DNA of 64,000 nt, from positions 4,216,001-4,280,000 of the forward strand of contig CATNEN010000033.1 in assembly GCA_950097015.1 (NCBI GenBank), read 5' to 3'. This document shows, piece after piece, positions 12,313-24,559 of this stretch (positions are counted from its first letter, which is position 1; each line of letters starts with the position of its first letter). This DNA is from Macrostomum hystrix (lineage: Eukaryota > Animalia > Platyhelminthes). Below the pieces are notes generated by a model. That model did no database searches. It saw only the letters and a list, made by a program, of their open reading frames with translations, and was not told the origin of the DNA. The position numbers and the translations under genes were made by a program.

Positions 12313-13772
12313 TTTTTACTTTCAATTTATTTTGTCACAAACTGAAACATGGTTTTATATCAGTAGGTGAATTTGATAGACTTTTGATCTTTACAATAGT
12401 TTATATCCTTATTGCAACAGTAATAACGCTTCAAATAATTATACTTTTATAGGTATCTGCAATCCCAATTAAAATATGTATTTAATCATGTAATCTTTAC
12501 ATTTTTACAAGCTTTTCAAGGCTATGCCTACAAAGCAAAAGTCCATATTTTGGTCATTGAGAATGTGTATAATTTAATGAATATCAAATAGTCTTTTAAT
12601 AGTAACAAGCATTTTATATATTGTTAGATTGAGGCTTAATTTTCTTTGTGCCACTTACTAAATGAAAAAATATTACTAAATACTAAATGAGTCATTATAA
12701 TGTTGGCTAGTACAAGTTTCTAGCTTTATTAGGCCTAGTGAACTTTATTTGTTGGGAGAAGAGAAGGGACAAAGTAAAATAAGGAGAATTACAAAAAATA
12801 ACCATATATACTATACATCCACATATTAATATCTATGAATGGTAGCTAAACAGAAAAGTCCTTTAAATCGAAAATAATGCATATTGATAGGTCATTTTAC
12901 TGGCCTATTTGTAAAATTAAAAACTTTAAATTTTGCATTTTGGGCATTTACTTAGCTTACTGCAAATTGACCAGTATTCATCATTCATGGTATGGCCATG
13001 GCCCATAGGCCCTGCTGACAATATGGAAAGTAACATATACACATAGCCAACAAAAGCCTAACCTACATATTTTGAAAAGCTAAATATGGACACATTAAAC
13101 AGAAAAGCCTCGCTTTCTTCTTCACTTCTGCACTACAGATGGCCTTTAGATATTAAAGTAGGTTTAATAAGAAACCAATTAATTATAAACCGCCTATTAG
13201 CAACATTAGCAGTCATAAAACTAGTCACTTTCACATAAAAAACTAGTATGTATGAAATGTACATGTAATATACATGTATGTAATTTTCAACACAAAGCTA
13301 CTTTAAAGTTAAAACCCACAAAAATAACTTTTTGGTCTTTCTCCAAGTCTCTATCAGGCATTTATAATTTATAAATACTAAGTAGAGCATAATTTAAGGT
13401 CATTAAAGCCATCTTGCAGTTGCATTAACACGTTATCCGTGCGCGTGCGAATAAATTCAAACTTGTGCATATATCATTTCGAACGTAAATTATACATTAC
13501 GAAAACTCTTCATAAACAAAATTAAAGGGGTTATACAGAACTAATTCTTACACATTGATGCTGCTTATGGCTTCAGTGCCAACAATCTAAGCAAAGAAAG
13601 TACGTTCATCATGCAATATGACTTTATATTTGTATTACAATACTTAACCGATTATATAAGCACTGCTCGTGGACCATCAACAGTTGGAAAGCATTCGACA
13701 TCTTTTTTACCAATAAGCTATGCAGCTGCTCAACATGTCAGCCGACAATGTCAGCCGAGCTCAGAAGTCTCT

Positions 13773-13927
13773 GTGTACTTCCGCAAGGCATTCGACCCGG
13801 TAGCCAGACATGCGATCACGGGCTGCTGTCCTATTCTGGTGAGCCTTCTGCACCTGCTGTGAAAGACCTACAGCGAATCCAGGGAGATATTCCAGTCCAC
13901 CAAAGCTCCGGCGTCAGTCAAGAAGAC
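13773..13927 (+). mobile_element. Degenerate non-LTR retrotransposon reverse-transcriptase fragment
   Basis: Translates as VYFRKAFDPVARHAI, then after a frameshift LLSYSG...SSGVSQED. This resembles the RT motifs (V)DFxKAFDSV and SGVxQGD, and the FVDFLKAFDSVARGAI segment near 58060. Confidence 0.6.
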
Positions 13928-14169
13928 GCATTCCGACGAAAAAAATTCGCGACTTGTCGGCTGTCAGTCTAAATGCTAATGTACGAGTCTTTTATGCCTT
14001 CCAATTCTTGTTTCCTCGAGCAAATCCATCATAAATTCCCCAATACTCCATGACGTGCTGTAAAAACCGAGAAATATCATTCAGGTCCCCTAAGTACTTA
14101 ATAGGATGGGATGTAGGACTCCAAGCTTGTTATTTCTAAAATAAGGAGTTTGCAAAGCTTGAAATGCAA

Positions 14170-14184
14170 AGAAAGTTCTAGAAA
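14170..14184 (+). promoter_or_regulatory. Heat-shock element (distal, 3 pentamers)
   Basis: aGAAa gTTCt aGAAa: alternating nGAAn/nTTCn units. Confidence 0.8.
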
Positions 14185-14247
14185 AAATGATTGTATTTCT
14201 ACTTGAAGTAGACGATCAAGATGCCTAAGAGCATTTCGTTTGCGTTT

Positions 14248-14262
14248 CTTCTAGAATTTTCC
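14248..14262 (+). promoter_or_regulatory. Heat-shock element (middle, 3 pentamers)
   Basis: cTTCt aGAAt tTTCc. Confidence 0.8.
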
Positions 14263-14313
14263 ACGTTCTAAAAATAGCACACTTGGGCAAGCGGGTGACG
14301 GGCTGTGTGGAGA

Positions 14314-14354
14314 GTTCTGGAAGTTTCGCGAAGACGGGCTGCGGTCTATAAAAG
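14314..14354 (+). promoter_or_regulatory. Proximal perfect 4-pentamer HSE (14314-14333) and TATA box (14347-14354) of hsp70
   Basis: gTTCt gGAAg tTTCg cGAAg, followed 13 bp later by TATAAAAG; about 170 bp upstream of the ATG. Confidence 0.9.
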
Positions 14355-14520
14355 AAGACGATATTGCGGGCTCCTCCATCAGCAAATTCGGATCGCAACC
14401 GAAGCAAACCAAAAGCCAGAAGCATCTCACAAGCGACTCACAAAGCGTCAGTGCTTTGCGAAGCTATCAATTGAAGCTAGAGAGAAGCGACTCAAGTTCT
14501 TAGAAGCAATTCCAAGCAAC

Positions 14521-16356
14521 ATGGGCAAGAGGAACGGACCCGCAATCGGCATCGACCTGGGCACCACGTACTCATGCGTGGGCGTGTTCCAGGCAGGCAA
14601 GGTGGAGATCATCGCCAATGACCAGGGCAACAGAACCACGCCGAGCTACGTGGCCTTCACGGACACCGAGAGGCTGGTGGGCGATGCGGCGAAGAACCAG
14701 GTGGCGATGAACCCGGAGAACACAGTGTTTGACGCCAAGCGGCTCATTGGTCGCAAGTTCAGCGACGAGACGGTGCAGCGGGACCTGAAGCTGTGGCCGT
14801 TCAAGGTGGTGAGTGACGGAGGCCGGCCGAAGATTGAGGTTCAGTACATGGGCGAGAGGCGCAGCTTCTACCCGGAGGAGATCTCGGCCATGGTGCTGAC
14901 CAAGATGAAGGAGACTGCGGAGGCCTACCTTGGCGAGAAGGTGACGGACGCTGTGATCACGGTGCCGGCCTACTTCAACGACAGCCAGCGGCAGGCGACG
15001 AAGGACGCGGGCGTGATTGCCGGGCTGAATGTGCTGCGGATTGTGAACGAGCCGACGGCAGCTGCTCTGGCCTACGGGCTGGACAAGAGCCTGGAGGGCG
15101 AGAAGAACATTCTGATCTTCGACCTGGGAGGCGGCACGTTCGACGTGTCCATCCTGACGGTGTCGGAGGGCAGCATGTTCGAGGTGCGATCGACGGCTGG
15201 CGACACTCACCTGGGCGGCGAGGACTTTGACAACCGGCTGGTGGAGCACCTGATGCAGGAGTTCAAGCGCAAGTACCGCAAGGACATGAGCGGCAACGCT
15301 CGCGCAGTGAGGCGGCTGCGCACGGCGGCTGAGCGAGCGAAGCGAACTCTGAGCAGCTCGGCGCAGGCGAGCATCGAGATTGACTCGCTGTTTGAGGGCG
15401 TCGACTTTTACACCAGCGTGACCAGGGCTCGCTTCGAGGAGCTGTGCGCCGACCTCTTCCGCCAGACGATGGAGCCGGTGGAGCGAGCGCTGAGGGACGC
15501 CAAGATGGACAAGAGCAGCATCAGCGAGATTGTCCTGGTGGGTGGATCCACGCGGATCCCGAAGGTGCAGAAGCTGCTGCAGGAGTTCATGGGCGGCCGG
15601 TCGCTGAACAAGTCGATCAACCCGGACGAGGCGGTCGCCTACGGTGCGGCAGTTCAGGCGGCCGTGCTGACCGGCGTGAAGGACGAGAAGATCGAGGACC
15701 TGCTGCTGCTGGACGTGGCTCCGCTGTCGCTGGGCATCGAGACCGCCGGCGGCGTGATGACCAAGATCGTGGAGAGGAACAGCCGCATCCCGACTAAGGC
15801 GACGCAGACGTTCACGACGTACTCAGACAACCAGAGCGGCGTCACCATCCAGGTATTTGAGGGCGAGCGGGCGCTCACCAGGGACAACCACCTGCTGGGC
15901 CAGTTCAACCTGGACGGCATCCCGCCAGCGCCTCGCGGAGTGCCGCAGATCGAGGTGACCTTCGACGTCGACGCCAACGGAATCCTGGTGGTGTCGGCGA
16001 AGGACAAGAGCACCAGCCGGGAGGAGAAGATCACGATCACGAACGACAAGGGCCGACTCTCGAAGGACGAGATCGAGCGCATGGTGCGCGACGCGGAGAA
16101 GTTTCACGCGGAGGACGAGCGGCACCGCGAGCGTCTGACAGCCCGCAACCAGCTGGAGTCGCTCGCCTTCCAGTACAAGCAGGCGGCCGAGGACTGCAAG
16201 GATCGGCTGGGCGAGAAGGAGGCCGGCGAGGTGACCGCCGCGTGCAACCGCGTCATCTCTTGGCTGGATAACAACCAGACCGCCGACAAGGACGAGATCG
16301 CCGAGCAGCAGCGCCAGCTGAGCAGCCTGTGCTCACCTCTCATGGCCAAGCTGCAT

Positions 16357-16391
<35 letters not shown>

Positions 16392-16458
16392 GCCGCCGCA
16401 AACCGGACCGCAGCGAGCGGGTCGCGCCGGCGGACCATCCGTCGAGGAGGTCGACTGA
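14521..16458 (+). CDS. hsp70: Cytosolic stress-inducible Hsp70, intronless, 645 aa
   Basis: Contains [24 protein letters not shown] and [15 protein letters not shown], and ends in EEVD. No introns; HSE/TATA promoter. The true start is ATG 14521 ([14 protein letters not shown]). Confidence 0.98.
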
Positions 16459-17412
16459 GCGCATCTTCATGCACTGGCTGAGCGTCCCTTTCTCATATTG
16501 TTTCCTTTTGGACTTACCTTAACGAGTACTTGTTAATATTTGTGAATACCTTTAATTCTTGCGTTCATATATGACAATATTGTGGTCCAAAATTTTTTTT
16601 TTATGTAAATTGCACAAGCATGTTTTACATAGTTCTACAGCGATTGTTCAATGCATGCTTCGCTTGTTGTAGTTTTAATATTAAATATAATCGGCAACTG
16701 AGTATTTCTAAATCTACTTTGAACAGTCTTTTCAAACACAAATTATCAGTTTTTATCCTTTTTACGGCACTTATTGCAGGTAAATTAATTGAGCATTCTT
16801 CAAGAAACCATGGCTCATAGGCTGTAACTTGACTTCTCATTGTTAAAACGACTCAGAGAAGCTCGCACAGATTTAGTCACAAGCAGCCTGAGCAGCAGTA
16901 GGTGGGGTGTGCTTCGCTAACACTTCCAAGGCCATACGTGCCATGCCCTGCTCCCACGGGGTCCCACTGTACACTGACTGGGGATGCAAGATCTGCCAGT
17001 CTTCCCGGGATATTGATTTTCTTCCCCTCTGAAGCCAGGAAAGCCTGGAAAGGCCTGCCCCTTTCTCCGCTGGGCGCCCTGCCTTCGCCTTGGGAGATGG
17101 GCGCTTTGCATAGGATCTCTATTATCCTACCCCTATTATCCCTGCGGGAGGACTGCAGTGGGGAATGGGAGAGAATGGGAAAAGGGACGAGAAACTGGAA
17201 TCGTACACTGATTCCCTCCGCTCTTCCCGCGCTCCCTCCCTCCCCTCCAGAATCCCCTTCATAGCCGTCAGCATCCTTCCGCTCACTCTCGGCTCCAAAT
17301 ATTTCCCTTGCCTGACACATCAGTGCCGTTCGCTTTGCATAGTTGGCGGACCGTCAGTAGGCTGTTGACCGATTCTAATCAATTTGTTCATAAAATACAA
17401 AAGCAGTACAGC

Positions 17413-18678
17413 ATGAAGCCGACCTCCGCCTGCCTGCTAGTCGGATTCGCTACTGCCTGCCTCTGCGGTGAGCACTGGAAGCTTTCAACTCAGCTCCTCT
17501 GATAGCTAGATGATGGCGTCCCTAATGATGGCAGATCAGTTTGAGTCGATTGGTTAGAGCACTGAACTCACTAATCGAGTGGTCAGGAGTTCGTATCTAA
17601 GTCCAAGTGATTCAATACGTGCCCTTTTTGCAAGAAAATTATTAATAATTCTCCCAGTCCATGGACTGTACGGTAGTACTGCATCACTGTGGTTTATATC
17701 TGTGCTGTATGCCTCCCATTTTCTGTGGGGTAAAGTTTTAGGCCTAAACTTGCGGCATTTAAACAAAAAATGACACTTTTTCTATACATATCGGGTAATT
17801 GTCAGCAAATGCAACCCCCCTACTTTCGTAGAAATATTTTTTCGTTCCCTCTTCAGTTCTCTCCGCCAGATTCTTAAAAATGAAATCCGCTATGATTAGT
17901 TAATATTGCAATCAAATAGAATATAGTTTCTATCCTCTGTGACTGAGTTCCAAAACCAGCTTCACAATCGCCTCCTCCATCACTAGCCCTGGTCAGCGGC
18001 CAGAGTTTGGACGCCAATGCCACCACAACCCCGAAGAAGAGCTTCCGGTGCATTGTGTGCGATGACACAAAGCATGACCATTGCGAACCTTGGGACAGGT
18101 TTAGCCACAGCAAGGACTGCTACGAGGAAGAGCGGATCAACAAGACCCTGCCTATTGGATGCCGCAAAATGGTGCAGACAGGTGAGCTGAGGTCATTTGC
18201 CAGATTCCAACCTCATTGGGCAGATTCCAACCTCATTGGGCAGATTCCAACCTCATTGGGAAGATTCCAACCTGATTGGGGAGATTCCAACCTCATTGGG
18301 CAGATTCCAACCTCATTGAGCAGATTCCAACCTCATTGGGCAGATTCCTAAATTCTTATCTGAATTAAGCAGATTCCCAAACTGAATAAGGCAGATTCCC
18401 GAACTGACTTAGGCAGATTCCAACTCCATGAAATGTTTCCAAACTGTGCAGTGAACGACAAAGTGTTCGTGAGCCGTCAGTGCACTAACCTGGTTGACGA
18501 CAGTATCCAGGGCTGCATCGAGCGCGTTGGCACGAAGCGCATCAAGGTGAGGTACTGCCACTGCCGAAACCCGGAGTGCAACTCCACCACGCCATCCGCG
18601 GCCCCGGCCACCTGGGCCCTGCAGCTGCTGTCGCTGCTGTGCCTCAGCGGCCTGCTGTCCCTGGCTGGCTCACGCTAA
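17413..18678 (+). CDS. Secreted/GPI-anchored Ly6/uPAR (three-finger) protein, Quiver/Sleepless-like, 158 aa. Exons: 17413-17467, 17987-18181, 18452-18678
   Basis: Signal peptide MKPTSACLLVGFATACLCALVSG. Cys pattern CIVCDDTKHDHC...DC...GCRK...RQC...GC...YCHCRNPECN. Hydrophobic C-terminal GPI-signal-like tail. Both introns are phase 1 GT-AG. Confidence 0.88.
18201..18348. repeat. 20-bp minisatellite (CAGATTCCAACCTCATTGGG) in Ly6 intron 2
   Basis: About 7 copies starting 20 bp after the donor. Confidence 0.92.
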
Positions 18679-19332
18679 CGCTGGTTGGTTGAGTCCGCCA
18701 AACTGCTCTTTTCTGATTGGTCCGGCATTCGATTGCAGACAGAGGCACAATCTGATTGGTCCATTCTATTGTCCTGAGTCCTGGTTACTTTCGATTTTTT
18801 AATCATCCCTTCACAAACTGGCCTCACTGCACCGACTAGCTATAGTTAGCACATGCTAATGATTCGTTTGTAAGCAAAAACAGCTCATTTTTTATCGATA
18901 TTTAGTTCTGTCGAATTCATTATCAAATTGACTGATTAGAGCAATGACCTGATGTGTTTTCCTTTAGCAACCGCTCATAGTAGCTCATGCGATTATCGGC
19001 TTGATGAATTTGTTATATTTATCATTTATTAATGCCTTTTTCTTCACATCTAGCAACAAGAACTATTTTGAATTGCTTTTCCTCAATTTTCTCATAGGCT
19101 CTATTCATTTGAGTTCTACATAACTATTGTTAAGTTATTGAGAAGTATATCCAAATTTAATTTAGACTCGATTAGCCCAAGTTTTCCGTAAATTTTCGGA
19201 GACTTCACCCCAATAGACCAACATTCGAACTCATATTCCAAACATTTTAGGCTAAAATAAACACAATAGTGAAATGCCTATTTTTATGCTCCTGTGTCAC
19301 GGGTCTTAATTATTGTTCGCAAAATTGGGAGA

Positions 19333-19686
19333 CAGTGAGATCTCAGTGGGATGGGGAGATCTCAGTGGGAAGGGGAGATCTCAGTGGGAAGGGGAGATCT
19401 CAGTGGGAAGGGGAGATCTCAGTAGGAAGTGATCTCAGTGGGAAGGGGAGATATCAGAGGAAAGTGGAGATCTCAGTGGGAAGGGGAGATCTCAGTGGGA
19501 AGGGGAGATCTCAGTGGGAAGGGGAGATCTCAGTGGGAAGGGTAGATCTCAGTGGGAAGGGGAGATCTCAGTGGGATGGGGAGATCTCAGTGGGAAGGGG
19601 AGATCTTAGTGAGAAGGGGAGATCTCAGTGAGAAGGGGAGATCTCAGTGGGAAGGGTAGATCTCAGTGGGAAGGGTAGATCTCAGT
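19333..19686. repeat. 19-bp minisatellite (GATCTCAGTGGGAAGGGGA)
   Basis: About 18 copies; purine-rich. Confidence 0.94.
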
Positions 19687-20285
19687 GGCAGTCCAGCCTG
19701 AGTCAAACAGTGGTGGCACTGCGCAGACCCACCCGGAGTCGCATTTAATCGATCTGCAGGCAGTCATCCGGTCGCTCGCGCAGGAAGCTCTTGTGTGCAG
19801 CTTCCAGCCAACAGAGCCACAGGAAGCCCCGCCCGGCCCGCTAAATCTGCACGCGCGCTGCTGGCTGGCGGCAGGAAGCTGGACTTCGTCAGCCCTCATC
19901 CGGTCCAAGATGCTGGCAGTGAAATATAAAAATGAGTCTGGGACTGGCCTCACCTGCTGCCAGTGAATTTGGAGTCAGCGCCGCGCCCACTGCAACCTGT
20001 TCAGCAAGGGAGAAACTGTAGACTGAGAAAGCCATGCGCTTTGAGGATAATTTTTTGCCGATTTGACTAAAAAAGGACCGTAGAAGTACCGGACCGTGAT
20101 AACAATGCGCTGTAAGTTTGACAGTTATACTCATTCCTGAGTAGTACTTTGACTTATCCGAGCGAAAATTAATGATACTTTCAAACCTAGAAGCTAATTT
20201 ATGTACTTTATTCTAAGAAAGTTCCCTAATTCCATTCGATCCATAATATCCATCACTTCGATTCATAATGTGAATTACTTAGATC

Positions 20286-21649
20286 CATGAGTTCACGAGT
20301 TCATGAGTTCACGAGTTCATGAGTTCACGAGTTCATGAGTTCACGAGTTCATGAGTTCACGAGTTCATGAGTTCACGAGTTCATGAGTTCACGAGTTCAT
20401 GAGTTCACGAGTTCATGAGTTCACGAGTTCATGAGTTCATGAGTTCATGAGTTCACGAGTTCATGAGTTCATGAGTTCATGAGTTCACGAGTTCATGAGT
20501 TCACGAGTTCATGAGTTCATGAGTTCATGAGTTCACGAGTTCATGAGTTCACGAGTTCATGAGTTCACGAGTTCATGAGTTCACGAGTTCATGAGTTCAC
20601 GAGTTCATGAGTTCACGAATTCAGGAGTTCACGAGTTCATGAGTTCACGAGTTCATGAGTTCACGAATTCAGGAGTTCATGAGTTCACGAATTCAGGAGT
20701 TCATGAGTTCATGAGTTCACGAGTTCATGAGTTCACGAGTTCATGAGTTCACGAGTTCAGGAGTTCACGAATTCAGGAGTTCACGAGTTCATGAGTTCAC
20801 GAGTTCATGAGTTCACGAATTCAGGAGTTCATGAGTTCACGAATTCAGGAGTTCATGAGTTCACGAATTCAGGAGTTCATGAGTTCACGAGTTCATGAGT
20901 TCACGAGTTCATGAGTTCACGAGTTCATGAGTTCACGAGTTCATGAGTTCACGAGTTCATGAGTTCACGAGTTCATGAGTTCATGAGTTCATGAGTTCAC
21001 GAGTTCATGAGTTCACGAGTTCATGAGTTCATGAGTTCATGAGTTCACGAGTTCATGAGTTCACGAGTTCATGAGTTCACGAGTTCACGAGTTCATGAGT
21101 TCACGAGTTCATGAGTTCACGAGTTCATGAGTTCACGAGTTCATGAGTTCACGAATTCAGGAGTTCACGAGTTCATGAGTTCACGAGTTCATGAGTTCAC
21201 GAATTCAGGAGTTCATGAGTTCACGAATTCAGGAGTTCATGAGTTCATGAGTTCACGAGTTCATGAGTTCACGAGTTCATGAGTTCACGAGTTCAGGAGT
21301 TCACGAATTCAGGAGTTCACGAGTTCATGAGTTCACGAGTTCATGAGTTCACGAATTCAGGAGTTCATGAGTTCACGAATTCAGGAGTTCATGAGTTCAC
21401 GAATTCAGGAGTTCATGAGTTCACGAGTTCATGAGTTCACGAGTTCATGAGTTCACGAGTTCATGAGTTCACGAGTTCATGAGTTCACGAGTTCATGAGT
21501 TCACGAGTTCATGAGTTCACGAGTTCATGAGTTCACGAGTTCATGAGTTCACGAGTTCATGAGTTCACGAGTTCATGAGTTCACGAGTTCATGAGTTCAT
21601 GAGTTCATGAGTTCACGAGTTCATGAGTTCACGAGTTCATGAGTTCATG
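20286..21649. repeat. 8-bp satellite GAGTTCA(T/C), mostly alternating (16-bp dimer), with GAATTCAG variants
   Basis: About 170 units read directly. Confidence 0.97.
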
Positions 21650-22299
21650 CATGGAGTAACCTCAAATCCAGTTGAATTGTCGGGCATGCCAGCCCGGCCC
21701 ATCACAAAGCATGTTTTTTTGATTTCCTGGAATCAGTACTCAACTCCTCCTAGCCACTTCCGGTTCGCGCGCGTGCGGAACGGACGAAACTGCCGTCTCT
21801 GCAGGCGCAGTGTCTGCACCTGGTTGCTGGGAGGAAAAGTTAAGAAGCGGAGCCAGGTGTCACACACATTGGTTGGGCTTAGTGAGGCCATCAAATTTTG
21901 CTACAATGTCATTTGTATGTTGGCTATATTGCTTCTGAAGTAAAGAATCGTTTGGCCCTTAGAAACACGATTTAATTATCTCGGTGTTGCTACTCAACCT
22001 GCTTGTTCTGTTTTCTTTTCCTCTGCGCTTCCAGTCCCAAAAGCCAGCTCGGTCAAATTAAGCGGCGGAAGTGCGAGCTGCTATGGACTGCCTCAAAATT
22101 GGGAATGAAAAAAATTGTGCTGTGAGCTTTTTAAAAACGAGAAACAATTGCAGATCATTTTCTAGACTTTGAGCCCTCGACCGCGCGAATTTCATTTGCG
22201 TGCAATTTCGGCTGCATTTGACATGTTTTACGGTTGGCCTCTCAGATAGGACACTGAGACACCTTGGAGACCAGAGACTACAATGTGGAGAGTGAAGCA

Positions 22300-23078
22300 T
22301 GAGAGTGAGTGACTGAGGTGTAAGAGTGAATCAGAGGGTGTGAGAATTAGAATGTGAGGTGCGAGAATCAAAGACTGAGGAGTGAGAATCAAAGACTGAG
22401 GCGTGAGAATCATAGACTGAGGAGTGAGAATCAAAGACTGAGGAGTGAGAATCAAAAAGTGAGGAGCGAGAATCATAGACTGAGGAGTGAGAATCAAAGA
22501 GTGAGGAGTGAGAATCAAAGACTGAGGAGTGAGAATCAAAGAGTGAGGAGTGAGAATCAAAGACTGAGGAGTGAGAATCAAAGAGTGAGGAGTGAGAATC
22601 ATAGAGTGAGGTGTGAGAATCATAGAGTGAGGTGTGAGAATCATTGAGTGAGGAGTTGAGAATCATAGAGTGAGGAGTGAGAATCATAGAGTGAGGTGTG
22701 AGAATCATTGAGTGAGGTGTGAGAATCAAAGAGTGAGGAGTGAGAATCAAAGACTGAGGAGTGAGAATCAAAGAGTGGGGCGTGAGAATCATAGAGTGAG
22801 GAGTGAGAATCATAGAGTGAGGTGTGAGAATCATTGAGTGAGGTGTGAGAATCAAAGAGTGAGGAGTGAGAATCAAAGACTGAGGAGTGAGAATCAAAGA
22901 GTGGGGCGTGAGAATCATAGAGTGAGGAGTGAGAATCATAGAGTGGGGCGTGAGAATCATAGAGTGAGGTGTGAGAATCATAGAGTGAGGTGTGAGAATC
23001 ATAGAGTGAGGTGTGAGAATCATAGAGTGAGGTGTGAGAATCATAGAGTGGGGCGGGAGAATCATAGAGTGAGGTGTG
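22300..23078. repeat. 21-bp minisatellite (GAGAATCA(A/T)AGA(C/G)TGAGG(A/T)GT)
   Basis: The 7-aa periodic ORFs on both strands reflect the 21-bp unit. Confidence 0.94.
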
Positions 23079-24559
23079 GGGTGAGAGAGAGAAGACAGTT
23101 AAATGACAGGAGTCAGCTAGTAGTTGCTATGCAGGGGTGTATGCAGCTGCAACTCTCTTTGCAAACTGATGGCCGCAGTTGATACGCAGCTAAACTGGAA
23201 TTCGTTTCTGGAGACCTGAAAAGGACCTTGCAAGTTGGTGTGGTGCAGGGCCTGAAGAGGCTGAAGATGCGGTGAAACGCGAGGCAACCCAAGTCAGCAG
23301 ATGTTTACCCTTGCAAACACACACTCACACACACTTTTAACCTTCTGCAAGGAATGCATGCGTGTGAGAATCGCTGTAAACGGTGATACCGATCTAAGGC
23401 TAGTTGAAGGGGGGGACAGCATCCAGGTGTATCAAGGTGCGCGTCTATCTTGCAGGCCTGGCTGGCTCAGCGGCCGAAGAGATACACAAACACAGGAAAT
23501 GTAAAACCAACAGCCTCTAACACTGGACAGGGCGGGGTCTGACTCACAGTCTTATCCTTACAAAACTCAGCATTTCCAAATCTGTGTTTTCTATTGGGGA
23601 CTTGCTGTTGCTTGCTGCTTTACAATGAGACTTTTGCAGAGTGGGATGCTGAGATTGTGGAGTGAGACGGCGGCGGATAGATTGATAAATTGATGGATTG
23701 ATGGAATAGATGAGATTTCTTGTGGGACAGTGATTGATAGATTGATGACATCATGGAATAGGTGTGAAATGAAGTGAGACTAATGAAGATATGGATATTG
23801 ATTGACAGTGTGGAGATGTGAAGAAAGACATGCAGTGGCTGAGGGATTGATAGGTTGATAGAATGGTTAGGGGGAACATTGCGCACCGGGAATCGAAGGT
23901 AAGGGTGTCAGGGGCAGCTCAGTTCGCAGGTTGCCAGGGGGGGCATTAGCGGGGCCCACGAATTTGCATTGCAAATTATCTTTAAGATCAAATGGCAGCA
24001 AGAAAAGCATTGCGGGGTATGTGGGAACACCCGAGACACTTGGCTAGTTCGGGCCCAGTTGACAAGGCAGCCTCGAGTTGCAGCCGCGACACCGTTTCTG
24101 CTGAGATCAGATAGCAGCGCGGTGAGAAGTTTTACAACGCGGCCCATTATGAAACCCGACGCCCCCCAGCCACGGCCAAGTGAAGCGGATCGCCATTATA
24201 TGCAATGGAAAATTATGCATATGACAAGACATTCCTGCTTGGAGCCGAGGCCCATGGCTAACTCGTGCAGTTGAACAGGTTTGGAGGTCAGTTTGGATCC
24301 ATGGCAGTCTGGTCTGCGGACCAGCTATATAATCGAATTTCTTTTTGATGAAGTCAGCTCTCAGGTTTCAGAGTAGCCTGTCTTGGTTTTTGAGATTGAG
24401 TCATAAAAAATCTGGTTGCCTGGTCTCGGAGAATCGATTTCAAAGAAATCGATAATCGAATTTTATCACAGGGCATGTTTCAAAGAATTTTTGCACTTTT
24501 AAGAAGGTCTCAACACTTTCTAAGAATCGTCACACCATTAAAAAAATCGACATTACACC

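Noticed and set aside
14305-14520. N-terminal extension of Hsp70 from the ORF-track start
   Set aside because: It begins at a GTG upstream of the HSE and TATA box, so it precedes the likely TSS; family homology starts at ATG 14521.
16877-17320. ORFs and GC-rich island between hsp70 and the Ly6 gene
   Set aside because: No recognisable domain or element termini. It may be a repeat fragment but cannot be supported from sequence alone.
19685-19970. GC-rich segment with short ORFs on both strands
   Set aside because: No homology recognised and no convincing splice context.
22228-23182. MILTPHS / ENQRVRS repeat ORFs
   Set aside because: Products of a 21-bp minisatellite on both strands, with no splice or homology support.
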